Source of the DNA: Candidatus Microgenomatus sp.
GTDB taxonomy: Bacteria; Patescibacteriota; Microgenomatia; UBA1400; PJMF01
Assembly: GCA_020724725.1 (NCBI GenBank)
Contig: DYGL01000003.1
Span: forward strand, 1-51,108
Direction: 5' to 3'
DNA: 51,108 nucleotides
Each line of letters begins with the position of its first letter. The first letter of the stretch is position 1. The position numbers and the translations under genes are program-made. Below are positions 1 through 9,769 of the stretch, in pieces. A model generated the notes under the pieces. It had not been told where the DNA came from. It made no database searches and saw only the letters and a program-made list of their open reading frames with translations.

Positions 1-314
1 AGTTCATTTTGCGCCACAGCAAAACCGCGATTGGACGAAGCACCAAAGCGTTGATTGACTTGATTGACTAGTAAAACAATGCGTAATTTTTTGTATTTTC
101 CCAGATAATAATCTGCTGCAAATTCACTAAATTCTTGTTGTTTGATTTGAAATTTTTTCTCAAACCAAGCAATAGTGTCATCTTCTGGGCCGCTAGCATC
201 ATCGACCACAATTAGCTCATCGCCATCACGCATACAGTCCAAAACCGCTTGCAGATTCTTTTCATAAAGATGAACTCCTTTGTAACTGGGAATAACGATT
301 GAAACATTTGGCAT
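1..314 (-). CDS. Glycosyltransferase family 2, N-terminal part (runs off the window edge)
   Basis: Not in the ORF track. ATG at 314 overlaps the TAA of the upstream GT4 (TAATG). Manual translation MPNVSIVIPSYKG...ELIVVDDAS...NQRFGASSNRG is a typical GT2 N-terminus. Confidence 0.85.
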   Translation of the reverse strand, partial: MPNVSIVIPSYKGVHLYEKNLQAVLDCMRDGDELIVVDDASGPEDDTIAWFEKKFQIKQQEFSEFAADYYLGKYKKLRIVLLVNQVNQRFGASSNRGFAVAQNE

Positions 315-1417
315 TAATTATTGACCATTTCTAAGAGTATTTTTTTAAATTTCTCTTTGGAGAAAATCTGGCTTCTTTGTTTGGCTAACTCAGCTAACTT
401 TTCTCGTGTTGTTTTATTTTTAATCAATTCTAAAGTTTTGACAAGACAATCATCTTCATCATTCCACAAGCATTCAAGTAAAACTCTACCCAGAATTTCT
501 TTCTGACCACCCTTATTGATCACCACTGGCACAGCACCAGCTGCCATGGCCTCCAGAGTAGAAATGCCAAAGTGCTCGGCTTTTTCTGGATTGATTTTTT
601 CGTCTACTTCAAAACCAGAAGCATGCCAATAAATTGAAGCTTGCTGATAAAGTTTGATGAGCTCATCACGCTTGGCATCATGAATAATTTTGATTGGTAA
701 ATTTTGACTCGCTTTTTTGACCTCTTTGGCGAATTCCTCATCCTCTTTTTTGCCAAGTAAAATTAATTGCCAGTTTTGCAAACTTTTAGGATCTAGAGTT
801 CGCAAATCTTTGAAAAATTTAATTAAAATATCCTGACGTTTACTGTGCAACTGACAAAAAAATCTTCCTACTGACAAGATAATTTTTTGTTTGCTTGTTT
901 TATTTTGAACAAATTCTTGTTGATCAACATAAGGTTGGTGGACAAAATCGATTTTGGTTTGCCAAAATTTTTCAACATATTTTTTGGTAAATTCTGAATT
1001 AGTATTCTTAATTTGCCAGTTAGCTAATTTCAATTTTTCCAGATAAGAAGATTTGTTCAAAGGCAAGGGAATTTGAATATGAAGAATATTTTTGTTGGCC
1101 AATGAGAAAAAAAGACTGCCGTCTGTTTGATAATAAAGCACATCGAATTGTGCTGTCCAGAAAATTTTTTTCAAAAAATTGGCCTTGGTAAAAATTGGAC
1201 TAGCAACAAATTTAATTCCAACTAAAGAGTAATTGAGAAATTCTTCATATTTTTTTCTGATTGCTTCAATTTCGACTTCATCTAATGGCTCTAAGCTACT
1301 AATAGACATTGAAACCTCATGACCTTCTTCTTGGAGAATTTTGGCACAATCAAAAAGATATTTTTCACCGCCACCAGTATGTTTTGGAAGGTAGGGAGAG
1401 TAGAAGGCAACCTTCAT
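314..1417 (-). CDS. Glycosyltransferase family 4 (GT-B)
   Basis: N-terminal GGGEKY; C-terminal EHFGISTLEAMAAG (EX7E) and SVGRF motifs. Confidence 0.9.
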   Translation of the reverse strand: MKVAFYSPYLPKHTGGGEKYLFDCAKILQEEGHEVSMSISSLEPLDEVEIEAIRKKYEEFLNYSLVGIKFVASPIFTKANFLKKIFWTAQFDVLYYQTDGSLFFSLANKNILHIQIPLPLNKSSYLEKLKLANWQIKNTNSEFTKKYVEKFWQTKIDFVHQPYVDQQEFVQNKTSKQKIILSVGRFFCQLHSKRQDILIKFFKDLRTLDPKSLQNWQLILLGKKEDEEFAKEVKKASQNLPIKIIHDAKRDELIKLYQQASIYWHASGFEVDEKINPEKAEHFGISTLEAMAAGAVPVVINKGGQKEILGRVLLECLWNDEDDCLVKTLELIKNKTTREKLAELAKQRSQIFSKEKFKKILLEMVNN

Positions 1418-2241
1418 AATTTAATTTTACCCTCTCGCTGCCACAAATTCTTAATTTCTTGTTCTTCTTTGTCGTATTTACTTTTTAAACTAGGTTTTTG
1501 TTGTAGTTCCCAAACCTGAATATAAACCATCATGCGATTCATACCTTGTACTAAAGCTTCAATTAAGCCAGGCATGCCGTCTTTGTAACCCTGATTTCTT
1601 ATCGCTCGACGATAAAATTCCATCACTCCTTTGCGAATGATTGTTAGAAAGTTAACTTTTTTGACCAAAGCAGCGGCCAAAGCGCTAGCTTCTTTGATTG
1701 TCCACTGAGCACTTTTATATAAGTTGTCTTGAGTGTTGCGGTGAGTGAGATGTATCATCTCATGTTGTAGTTGATGAGCTTGACCCTTAAAAATAGGGCT
1801 CTCGTGAATGTCTCCCTCCCAAGACAGTAAGCTGTCTTTTTGAAAAACTCTAGTTACCAAATCATTCTGCCAATTTCCAAATTTAAAACGCTGACCATAG
1901 CAAACATTACTGCGACGAATGGTCATGGCTTGGCAGTCATTTTGCTCGATATGAAGCAGAATCTCTTTAGCTAGAGCTGGAGTAACTCTTTCGTCAGCAT
2001 CTACATAAAATAGCCATTCCGTCTCGACTAGACTATGTCCTTTCTCTCTCAATTTGGCAAAGGATTCATGAGCAAAATTAACGACCTTGCAGTTGTAGTT
2101 TTCGGCAATTTTAATGGTTTGATCGGTTGAACCGGTATCTAGAACAATAATTTTTTCGCAAAAAGATAAAGTTTCCAAGCAAGCTTGAATCATTTTTTCT
2201 TCATTTTTGCTAATAATAATGGCAGTTAGATTTGATTGCAT
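1414..2241 (-). CDS. Glycosyltransferase family 2 (WaaE/LgtF-like)
   Basis: IISKNEE, VLDTGSTD, YVDADE (DxD), IHE motifs; 4-nt overlap with the downstream gene. Confidence 0.88.
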   Translation of the reverse strand: MQSNLTAIIISKNEEKMIQACLETLSFCEKIIVLDTGSTDQTIKIAENYNCKVVNFAHESFAKLREKGHSLVETEWLFYVDADERVTPALAKEILLHIEQNDCQAMTIRRSNVCYGQRFKFGNWQNDLVTRVFQKDSLLSWEGDIHESPIFKGQAHQLQHEMIHLTHRNTQDNLYKSAQWTIKEASALAAALVKKVNFLTIIRKGVMEFYRRAIRNQGYKDGMPGLIEALVQGMNRMMVYIQVWELQQKPSLKSKYDKEEQEIKNLWQREGKIKL

Positions 2242-2244
2242 ATT

Positions 2245-3168
2245 TTAGATAAAGGCTTGTTTACCCATACGACCAATAAAAACATCAAAAACAGCTTTAC
2301 GTTCACTTTTGTTGCCTCTCATTAAGATGTTAAAAGCCAAGTGTAAGGCGGTTAGTTTGCTACGCAAGGGAGCATACCTCATCGCTAAAAATAGTCTGTT
2401 TCTGGTTTGATAATATTGTTGTAGCGGTGAGCCAGCTCCACCAGTTGAACGACCAATTTTATGATAGACCACGGAGCTTGGACAATACATGACTTTAAGA
2501 CCAGCTTCCCGCACTCTCAAACTATAGTCAACATCTTCACTATAAAGAAAAAAGCGATCGTCTAGAGGGCCTACCCTTTCAATTACTTCTCTACTGATCA
2601 TCATTACACAACCAGTCGCAAAATCAGTTTCTTTTTCCTCTTCAAATTGACCGCGATCCACTTCATCTATGCCAATGTGATAAGAAAGTAAGTTGGTCCA
2701 GTCTACCTCTCCACCAACATACCAGATAACTTTGCCTTTCTCTTGTTCACTATAAGAATTTTCAAAGTATTCGTAATTTTTATAGAAATAAATTTTGGAA
2801 GCAGCTAAACCAATTTTTGGATCACGTTTCATCATTTTGTAGAGCTCTTGTAAGAAATCCTTGGTGACGATAGTGTCAGAATTGAGTAGCAAATAATAAT
2901 CGCTGTCATAATGGTCAATAGCGTGCTGAATGCCTAAATTATTGCCACCTGAAAAACCAAGATTGCTTTCACTGCGTAAAAGATCGACTTTGGTATTTTT
3001 TTTGAGAAAAGGCTTGGTAAATGTCAATAAATCTTTAGAACCATTGTCGACTACTACAATTCGGTAATCGAAACCAAGGTGCTCAATTTGACTTAGAGAA
3101 TCTATGGTAGCTTTAGTGTCATCTGGAGTGTTGTAGTTAACAATGATAATTGAAATGTGATTTTTCAT
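2245..3168 (-). CDS. Glycosyltransferase family 2 (WbbL/rhamnosyltransferase-like)
   Basis: IIIVNYN, VVDNGS, NLGFSGGNNLG, LLNSD, FFLYSEDVD motifs. Confidence 0.88.
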   Translation of the reverse strand: MKNHISIIIVNYNTPDDTKATIDSLSQIEHLGFDYRIVVVDNGSKDLLTFTKPFLKKNTKVDLLRSESNLGFSGGNNLGIQHAIDHYDSDYYLLLNSDTIVTKDFLQELYKMMKRDPKIGLAASKIYFYKNYEYFENSYSEQEKGKVIWYVGGEVDWTNLLSYHIGIDEVDRGQFEEEKETDFATGCVMMISREVIERVGPLDDRFFLYSEDVDYSLRVREAGLKVMYCPSSVVYHKIGRSTGGAGSPLQQYYQTRNRLFLAMRYAPLRSKLTALHLAFNILMRGNKSERKAVFDVFIGRMGKQAFI

Positions 3169-4082
3169 AGATTAAATTTTCTTTTGCAAAATGCCAGAAA
3201 CTTAGCCAAACCCTTCTTTTCTTTAATTTCCAAACCTCTTACCCAGTAGTTTAACTCTTTTTGGAAATGACGCAAATCTTTGAGTAATTCGCTCGTTTGG
3301 TTTTTTTCTAAACTTTTTTGATTTTCTAAGCGGTCAAAAATCTTCATTTGGACGGTCATTTGATAAACAGCTTGCATTAAGCTTAGGTACAAGCCTCTAA
3401 CTCCATCTTTATAACCTTCTTTGGCAAAAAATCTGCGCAAAAAATCATCGCTAAAAACTTGCAAAAGACTTGACTCTGAAATAGAAAAATATTTTTGTTT
3501 AGCTTTTTGCAGCGCTTCAATGTCGGTATATCGATCAAAACGCGCTAAATAATCTTTAGTATCCACATAGTTGTGATGCAAAAGAGCCAAGTTTTCTTTT
3601 GCTGGTAAAACTTGGGCTTTGTAGCCATTTTCAATCACTGGCTGAGCATGAATTTGCTCGCCCCAACTTACCAAGCCGTTTTTAAAAAAGCGCAGTTGAT
3701 AATCTGGCCACCAACCTGTGTGTTGCATCCAATATCCGCTAAAAATATTTTTACGAGGCAAATAATAAACATCTCCTAGATCTTTTTGATCAATTCTTTG
3801 CAATTCTTTGGCTAGGCTAGGCACTACTTCTTCATCAGCATCCAAAACTAAAATCCAATCTTTAGTCGCCTGAGCTAAAGCAAATTTACGCACTGGTTCG
3901 ACAAAAAGAGAATCTTCTTTGTAGTCAAGAATTTTGGAGCAATATTTGCTAGCCTTTTCTTTGGTCTGATCAGTGCTTTTGATATCTACCAGAATCACCT
4001 CATCAGCAAATTGAACAGAACTTAAAGTTTTGACGATGGTGGATGCTGAGTTTTTGGCAATCACTACTGCTGAAATTGACAT
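3165..4082 (-). CDS. Glycosyltransferase family 2 (WaaE/LgtF-like), paralogue of 1414..2241
   Basis: VIAKNS, LVDIKSTD, WILVLDADE, GWWPDYQLRFF, GYKDGVRG motifs. Confidence 0.88.
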   Translation of the reverse strand: MSISAVVIAKNSASTIVKTLSSVQFADEVILVDIKSTDQTKEKASKYCSKILDYKEDSLFVEPVRKFALAQATKDWILVLDADEEVVPSLAKELQRIDQKDLGDVYYLPRKNIFSGYWMQHTGWWPDYQLRFFKNGLVSWGEQIHAQPVIENGYKAQVLPAKENLALLHHNYVDTKDYLARFDRYTDIEALQKAKQKYFSISESSLLQVFSDDFLRRFFAKEGYKDGVRGLYLSLMQAVYQMTVQMKIFDRLENQKSLEKNQTSELLKDLRHFQKELNYWVRGLEIKEKKGLAKFLAFCKRKFNL

Positions 4083-4138
4083 AAAGAGCCATTTCTTGGT
4101 TTCGTTAGAGATGTATTGATAGTATGATAGCAGTTGTC

Positions 4139-4864
4139 ATGAAAAAACTTAAGTCTCTATCGATTTTTTTTCCTGTTTTTAATGAAGAGGCTAATTTAGA
4201 AGTTTTGCTAAATCAAGCTTTACGCATCACTCCAGAACTTGCCAAACAATACGAGTTGCTAATCATAAATGATGGCAGCACCGACGATAGCCTTAAAATT
4301 GCCCAAAAAATAGCAAAAAAACATCCAGAAGTTAGGGTTATTTCTCATCCGAACAATTTGGGTTATGGCGAAGTGCTCAAAACCGGCATCAAACAAAGTC
4401 AGTGTGAATGGATTTTTTGGACTGATAGCGATTTGCAGTTTGATTTGGCCGAACTTGCCAATTTAATCAAAGAAAGTCAAAAGCACCAAGCAATCATTGG
4501 CTATCGCAAAAAAAGAGTAGAAGGAATTTTTAGACATTTTAATGCCAATTTATTCAAACTCTACATTGATCTGCTTTTCAGAATTCAGGTTAAAGATATT
4601 GATTGCGCCTTCAAACTTTTTAGGGCTGATTTACTAAAAAAATTGAAATTAAGTTCTGGTAGTGCCTTTACTAGCGCTGAGATTCTCTACTTGCTCAAGA
4701 AAAAAGGAATCAAATTTAAAGAAATTCCCGTTACTCATTATCCTCGACTCTATGGTCAAGCTACTGGCGCCAATTTTAGTGTTATTGCCAAAGCTTGTTT
4801 AGAGGCTTTGACTACCTATTTAAAGATTAAGCTTTCTTCTCTAAAATCTAAGGCAAGCTCATGA
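4139..4864 (+). CDS. Polyprenol-phosphate glycosyltransferase (DPM1/GtrB-like GT2)
   Basis: FFPVFNEE, INDGSTD, WTDSDLQFD, DIDCAFKLFR. Start moved from 4124 to ATG 4139 because the 4124 ATG lies within a TATGAT -10-like box. Confidence 0.85.
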   Translation: MKKLKSLSIFFPVFNEEANLEVLLNQALRITPELAKQYELLIINDGSTDDSLKIAQKIAKKHPEVRVISHPNNLGYGEVLKTGIKQSQCEWIFWTDSDLQFDLAELANLIKESQKHQAIIGYRKKRVEGIFRHFNANLFKLYIDLLFRIQVKDIDCAFKLFRADLLKKLKLSSGSAFTSAEILYLLKKKGIKFKEIPVTHYPRLYGQATGANFSVIAKACLEALTTYLKIKLSSLKSKASS

Positions 4865-6567
4865 TTAAGAAATTTTTAACCACTTTTTTTCTGTTTTTAA
4901 TTTTTTTAGCTAGCAGCTATTCTCTTTTGCATCGTGGTTTTTTTCATGTTCATGATTTTACTCATGCTGCCAGAATTGCTGAAATGGCTAGAGCTTTAGT
5001 CGATGGCCAACTACCAGTGAGATGGAGTGAAAATTTTGGTTTTGGTTTTGGCATGCCTTTGTTTAATTTTTATGCCCCACTGCCATATTTTGTGGGAGCC
5101 ATTTTTTTACAAATGGGTTTCTCAGTCGTCACTAGTCTTAAATTGCTTTACTTTCTAAGTAATTTCTTAACTATGTGGGGAGCTTATTTGCTAGGTAAAA
5201 GACTTTTTGGTCGAGGCGGAGCCTTAATTTTATCTGCAGCTTACACCCTAGCTCCTTACAGAGCGGTCAATCTTTTTGTGAGAGGTGCTTTGAGCGAAGC
5301 ATGGGCTATGGCATTTTTACCCTTTGTTTTGTGGGGCATTATTTCTTTTATTCAAACTAAGCAAAGAAAATATCTTTTAGTCTTGCTTCTGAGCTTGGCG
5401 GCGATTGTTCTTTCCCATAATTTAACAGCTTTAATGTTTATTCCACTGAGCGCTTTGTTTGTTTTTCTATATTTGCTCAGAGAAAAGCAAATCAAATTAC
5501 TTTGGCAGTTTATTCTTATTTATTTTCTAGCCTTTGCTTTAACTGCTTTTTACATCTTGCCAGCCTTATTTGAAAAGAATCTAACGATGATTGAGCAAAT
5601 TTTCTCTGGTTATTTCCATTACAGCAATCATTTTTTGTATATTCGTCAATTTTTTCAAAATAATTGGCAATATGGTGGTTCAGCTTGGGGGCCAGACGAT
5701 GGTATCTCTTTCTTTTTAGGACAGGGCCAGCTTTTGGGTTTGTTGGGTCTTGCTTACTTAAGTATTAAAGTGTTGTGGCAAAAAGCTAGAATTTTTACTC
5801 AGAGCAAAGCATTTTTTTTCTTGGCATTTTTTTCTTTAGCAAGCATTCTGGCTTTGTTTTTAAGCTTACAAAGAAGTTTACCAATTTGGGAACAACTTAA
5901 ATTTTTACAATACATGCAATTTCCTTGGAGATTTCTGACGGTTGCTACTTTTTTTATTGCTCTTTTAATTGGTGCTTCCAGCTATTTAATCAGAAATAAT
6001 TATTATCGTTATACTTATTCTTTCTTGCTACTAATTGTGCTTTTTTTCAATTTGACTTTCTTTAGACCAAAAGAGTATTTGGATGATGCAAACAGCTTAT
6101 ATTATGAAGATGCTTCTAGAATTAGCTCAGAAATGAGTGAGATTCTACCAGATTATATTCCTGCTCAGATGCCTTCACTCAAGCTCTTAAAAAATCAAGC
6201 TAGTGCATTGCCTAAATTTTGGTTAGACGATCAAAAAAATAATGACAAATTAGAACTAATGTTTGCTAATAGTTTTAGGCAAATGCTGGCAGTTGAGTTG
6301 AAAGAAGAGAGCTTGGTTAACTTCAAAGTTGCTTATTTTCCTGGTTGGCAAGCAGAAGTTGACGGCGAAGTTAGAGAAATCATTGTCAATCAAAGTTTAG
6401 GTAACATTCAAGTTTTAGTTCCAGCCGGCAGCCATAAAGTAGCCATCTTTTTTAGCGAAAACACTTTGGCTAGAAAAATGGGTGATGGATTGTCTATATT
6501 GGCTCTGATTGTTACTCTTTATTTTTTCTCACCTTTTGCCAAAGTAAAAGACAAGCTAGCAAACTAA
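4861..6567 (+). CDS. Multi-TM GT-C-fold glycosyltransferase (YfhO/PTPS-related membrane protein family)
   Basis: Many TM segments; HDFTH, GFGMPLFNFYAPL, RGALSE, QFPWRFL motifs; C-terminal YFPGWQA domain; ATGA overlap with the upstream GT2. Confidence 0.75.
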   Translation: MIKKFLTTFFLFLIFLASSYSLLHRGFFHVHDFTHAARIAEMARALVDGQLPVRWSENFGFGFGMPLFNFYAPLPYFVGAIFLQMGFSVVTSLKLLYFLSNFLTMWGAYLLGKRLFGRGGALILSAAYTLAPYRAVNLFVRGALSEAWAMAFLPFVLWGIISFIQTKQRKYLLVLLLSLAAIVLSHNLTALMFIPLSALFVFLYLLREKQIKLLWQFILIYFLAFALTAFYILPALFEKNLTMIEQIFSGYFHYSNHFLYIRQFFQNNWQYGGSAWGPDDGISFFLGQGQLLGLLGLAYLSIKVLWQKARIFTQSKAFFFLAFFSLASILALFLSLQRSLPIWEQLKFLQYMQFPWRFLTVATFFIALLIGASSYLIRNNYYRYTYSFLLLIVLFFNLTFFRPKEYLDDANSLYYEDASRISSEMSEILPDYIPAQMPSLKLLKNQASALPKFWLDDQKNNDKLELMFANSFRQMLAVELKEESLVNFKVAYFPGWQAEVDGEVREIIVNQSLGNIQVLVPAGSHKVAIFFSENTLARKMGDGLSILALIVTLYFFSPFAKVKDKLAN

Positions 6568-8134
6568 AAAAGCTTAGACTGTTACCTATTATTCTAGGCC
6601 AAGTGTTCTGAGTAAATCTAGTCTTTACTTGATATTCTCCAGCATCTAATTCGTAGGCCAAACGTCCTTGAATAGTTTCATTGTCAATGTAGTTAACTTT
6701 TTGTCCATCAACTTTGGTTTCCCACCCTGGGAAATAGGCTGTCGATTCAATTATTGTTGATTTCTCTTTGAGATTCAATGAATATTCTCTGAAAGAACCA
6801 TAAAACTTGCTGACTTTAATCTCACCCTGTCCAGATAGTAAAAAAACTGGTTCTTTTTTACTTTCAAAAAAGGCAAACTGAAAAGTTTTGGGCATGTTTT
6901 CCTGATTAACAGAAGTTGTGCCTGCATCAGCATCATAATCAATGATGTTTTTATGGTGATAATCAATAGGCTTAACTTGCCAAAATTGGATAATTTGTAG
7001 AATTACTACAGCTAGCAAAATATTTTTAAGTGGCTTATGAAGCTGACCAAAAATCAAAGCAGAAACTGGCAATAAAACAATTGAAAATAATAAAGCTAAG
7101 CGCCAAGGAAACTGAATGAAGCTTGCCAGAGGTAAAAGATCATAAAGAGGACGACTGGCAGATAACTGAGCGAAAAAAAGCACAAACAAAGCAATGAAAA
7201 AAACCGCATTCCCTCTACTTTTCTTTTGCAAGAAAAAAACCAAAGCCAAGATAAACAAGATCACTTGCAAAGCTCCAAGACCATAACTCATAGAGTCAAC
7301 ACTACCAAAATAAGAATAGCCAAAATGAATTGGCCAAGTTAAAAGTTGAGTTAGGGTTGGAAAGTGTCTGTAATAATTAATTGATAGATCAACGTCATCC
7401 AGAATAATTAAATTCTTCTCCAAAAGAGCTGGCAACCAAAACCAAAGAGCGTTTATAAAAGCCCAAACAAAAACTAAAGCTGTTTTTTTTAAATAAAAAA
7501 TATTTTTCCAAGAAGTTACAATAATATAAAAAACCAACAAAAGACTGGCAAAAAAAGCAGTAATATTGTGAGATAGAAAAAGTGATGTAACTAGTAAATT
7601 CAAATAAACAAAATTCAAATCCAAAAATTTTGAATCATTTCTCATTTTTTCTAAAAAGTAAAAAATCCATGGCAAAATACTCCAAGCCATTACTTCACCA
7701 ATGTTACCTCTAAAAATGATGCTAGTGTAAATATAAGGATTGAGAGCAAAAATGGTTAAGGCAAAAATCCTAGCATTTTTACCAAATTTTTTAATTCTTA
7801 AAAACGAATTTGCTCCAAGTAAAGCAAAAGAAACTGAAGTAAAAATTAGTAATTTGAAAGTTAACTCATAATGAAAGTTGAGAATGGAAAAAGGTAGAGA
7901 TAAGATGTTTGCCAAAGGATAATTATAATTAAAAACCGGATATCCGTAGCCATTTACTAAATTTGGTGCTAGACGAGGCGGAACTTGTAGTTCTCTGACA
8001 GCTATCTTGTAGTTGGCAAAACGAATCAGATGATTATTTCCATCATGAGTTACTGGCACACCTTGGTGAAAAAAGTATCTAGTGCTAATTAGAGTTAAAA
8101 CCAAAAAAAATAAAAAAGAATAAATTTTTTGCAT
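6512..8134 (-). CDS. Multi-TM GT-C-fold glycosyltransferase (YfhO/PTPS-related), paralogue of 4861..6567
   Basis: THDGNNH, GYGYPVFNYNYPL, RGNIGE, QFPWRL, YFPGWE motifs are collinear with the convergent paralogue. Confidence 0.75.
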   Translation of the reverse strand: MQKIYSFLFFLVLTLISTRYFFHQGVPVTHDGNNHLIRFANYKIAVRELQVPPRLAPNLVNGYGYPVFNYNYPLANILSLPFSILNFHYELTFKLLIFTSVSFALLGANSFLRIKKFGKNARIFALTIFALNPYIYTSIIFRGNIGEVMAWSILPWIFYFLEKMRNDSKFLDLNFVYLNLLVTSLFLSHNITAFFASLLLVFYIIVTSWKNIFYLKKTALVFVWAFINALWFWLPALLEKNLIILDDVDLSINYYRHFPTLTQLLTWPIHFGYSYFGSVDSMSYGLGALQVILFILALVFFLQKKSRGNAVFFIALFVLFFAQLSASRPLYDLLPLASFIQFPWRLALLFSIVLLPVSALIFGQLHKPLKNILLAVVILQIIQFWQVKPIDYHHKNIIDYDADAGTTSVNQENMPKTFQFAFFESKKEPVFLLSGQGEIKVSKFYGSFREYSLNLKEKSTIIESTAYFPGWETKVDGQKVNYIDNETIQGRLAYELDAGEYQVKTRFTQNTWPRIIGNSLSFFSLLACLLLWQKVRKNKE

Positions 8135-8143
8135 AATTTAGAT

Positions 8144-9769
8144 TTATTTAGTCACTAAAACCAAACTAGGATCACCATTTAGAAAATTAAATTTTTCTAC
8201 AACAGTGAAACCATCGGGAATCTCACTTTCATAATAAATAAACTTAGCTTGTTTTTTGTTGAAATCCTTTTCTTTGTAAATGTAATCAAATGGATCTGCC
8301 AGACCAAAACTATTAATTGGATTATTTAGTAGAGCATTTTTTAATTCTCTAGTCTGCCCTATTAGTTCTGGAAAATAATAATAAACAAAAATTCTAGGTA
8401 ACCAGTAACGCTCGTCAATTTCAACGCTGTAGAAATCTTTATGGTGATCTCTAAGATATTGTCCAACTTGGTTATAGCTGTAGAGCCAAGCCTCACTCGA
8501 TCTTTTTGGATAATCAATAAAGTAGTCACTGTAATAAAAAACCGCATTGACTAAGAACAATACAACAATGAGTCCGAAAAACAGCCTTTTACCCATATGC
8601 CAAGCTTCATTTAAACCCCAAGCAATTAAGGTCGCCATTGGTATAAATAAATAAATTGCTCGAGAAGCGTGAGGAACCTCATAAACCATCGCTGCTGGAA
8701 TAGGTGAAATCAATAAAAAAGCCAAGAGTAGTTGTGAAATTTTACTTTTCCAATTTCTAATCATTATAAAAAGACCTAAATAATAAAAAGGCAAACTAAC
8801 TAAAAGAAATTCACCAAAGTAACCTGAGTGTTGGCGCAAGTTAGAGTCTCCTTTTAGAAATAAAAAATTAGGACTGAAATGAGTCAACATGTTATGAATA
8901 AAGTCTCTCAAAGCTAAAAGATGACGATGATAAACCAATTTAGAATAAAGATTTGAACCGTATGTTTCCAAGTATTGACTGGATTCAGCAATTACTCTTT
9001 GACGACGAATTAAGTTGTCATTGTTGAGACGATAATCTTGACTTCTTTCGTAATAAGGAGAGTTCAACATTGGCAACATGCTTAAAACAAAAACTATGAT
9101 TGATGAGAACAGCCAAGCTTTCTTGTTTTTTATTTTTGCAAAGAAAATCAAGACTAGAGCCACAAAAAGTAAAGGCACAATGATTCTTAAAGAATAGTAA
9201 GAATAAACAGCGAGCACAGCAAAAAAAGTGCTAATTAAAAAGTAAAAATTTTTGTGCTTGAGAGCTTTGAGAAAAAATAAAATTGCTAGCAACAAGAAAC
9301 TAACCGAAAAGCTAGATTCAAAAGCAATACGAGCAAAATGGGTAGACCAAGGAGAAATCGACAAGATAAAAGCCGTCAAAATCGGCATTAATCCATATCT
9401 CTTGGCCAAAGTATGGTCAAAATTTAATAGTTCTTTGACTAAAAGGTAGCTTAAATAAATCAGCAATAAAGAAAAAATAGCTACAGGCAAACGAATAGCA
9501 AAAGGATTCATGCCTAAAAATTTAACTGACAGGCTAGTTGCCCAAATTAATACTGGAGCTTTAAAATCACCATAAGAGCCCAAAACTGGTTGAAGCCAAA
9601 ACATGTTATTCATGTCTTTACCAGTTTGACTAATGCTTAAAGCATCCAAACCAATGGCAGCCTCATCCCAATACAATGATGCTGGATTATTACCTAGCTG
9701 AAAGAAGCGTAAAAAAGCTGCTAAAACAAAAATGATTACTAAAAAAAATCTTTCTTTGTTTTTATTCAT
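8144..9769 (-). CDS. ArnT/PMT-like GT-C glycosyltransferase
   Basis: LRF...WDEA in the first external loop, SYGDFKAP, IRLP, SPW..FARIAFE; many TM helices. Confidence 0.8.
   Translation of the reverse strand: MNKNKERFFLVIIFVLAAFLRFFQLGNNPASLYWDEAAIGLDALSISQTGKDMNNMFWLQPVLGSYGDFKAPVLIWATSLSVKFLGMNPFAIRLPVAIFSLLLIYLSYLLVKELLNFDHTLAKRYGLMPILTAFILSISPWSTHFARIAFESSFSVSFLLLAILFFLKALKHKNFYFLISTFFAVLAVYSYYSLRIIVPLLFVALVLIFFAKIKNKKAWLFSSIIVFVLSMLPMLNSPYYERSQDYRLNNDNLIRRQRVIAESSQYLETYGSNLYSKLVYHRHLLALRDFIHNMLTHFSPNFLFLKGDSNLRQHSGYFGEFLLVSLPFYYLGLFIMIRNWKSKISQLLLAFLLISPIPAAMVYEVPHASRAIYLFIPMATLIAWGLNEAWHMGKRLFFGLIVVLFLVNAVFYYSDYFIDYPKRSSEAWLYSYNQVGQYLRDHHKDFYSVEIDERYWLPRIFVYYYFPELIGQTRELKNALLNNPINSFGLADPFDYIYKEKDFNKKQAKFIYYESEIPDGFTVVEKFNFLNGDPSLVLVTK

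Noticed and set aside
52-69. Tandem TGATTGACT x2 (similarly CAATTTGTTAAA x2 near 21796-21819)
   Set aside because: In-frame two-copy micro-duplications inside coding sequence; not an array.
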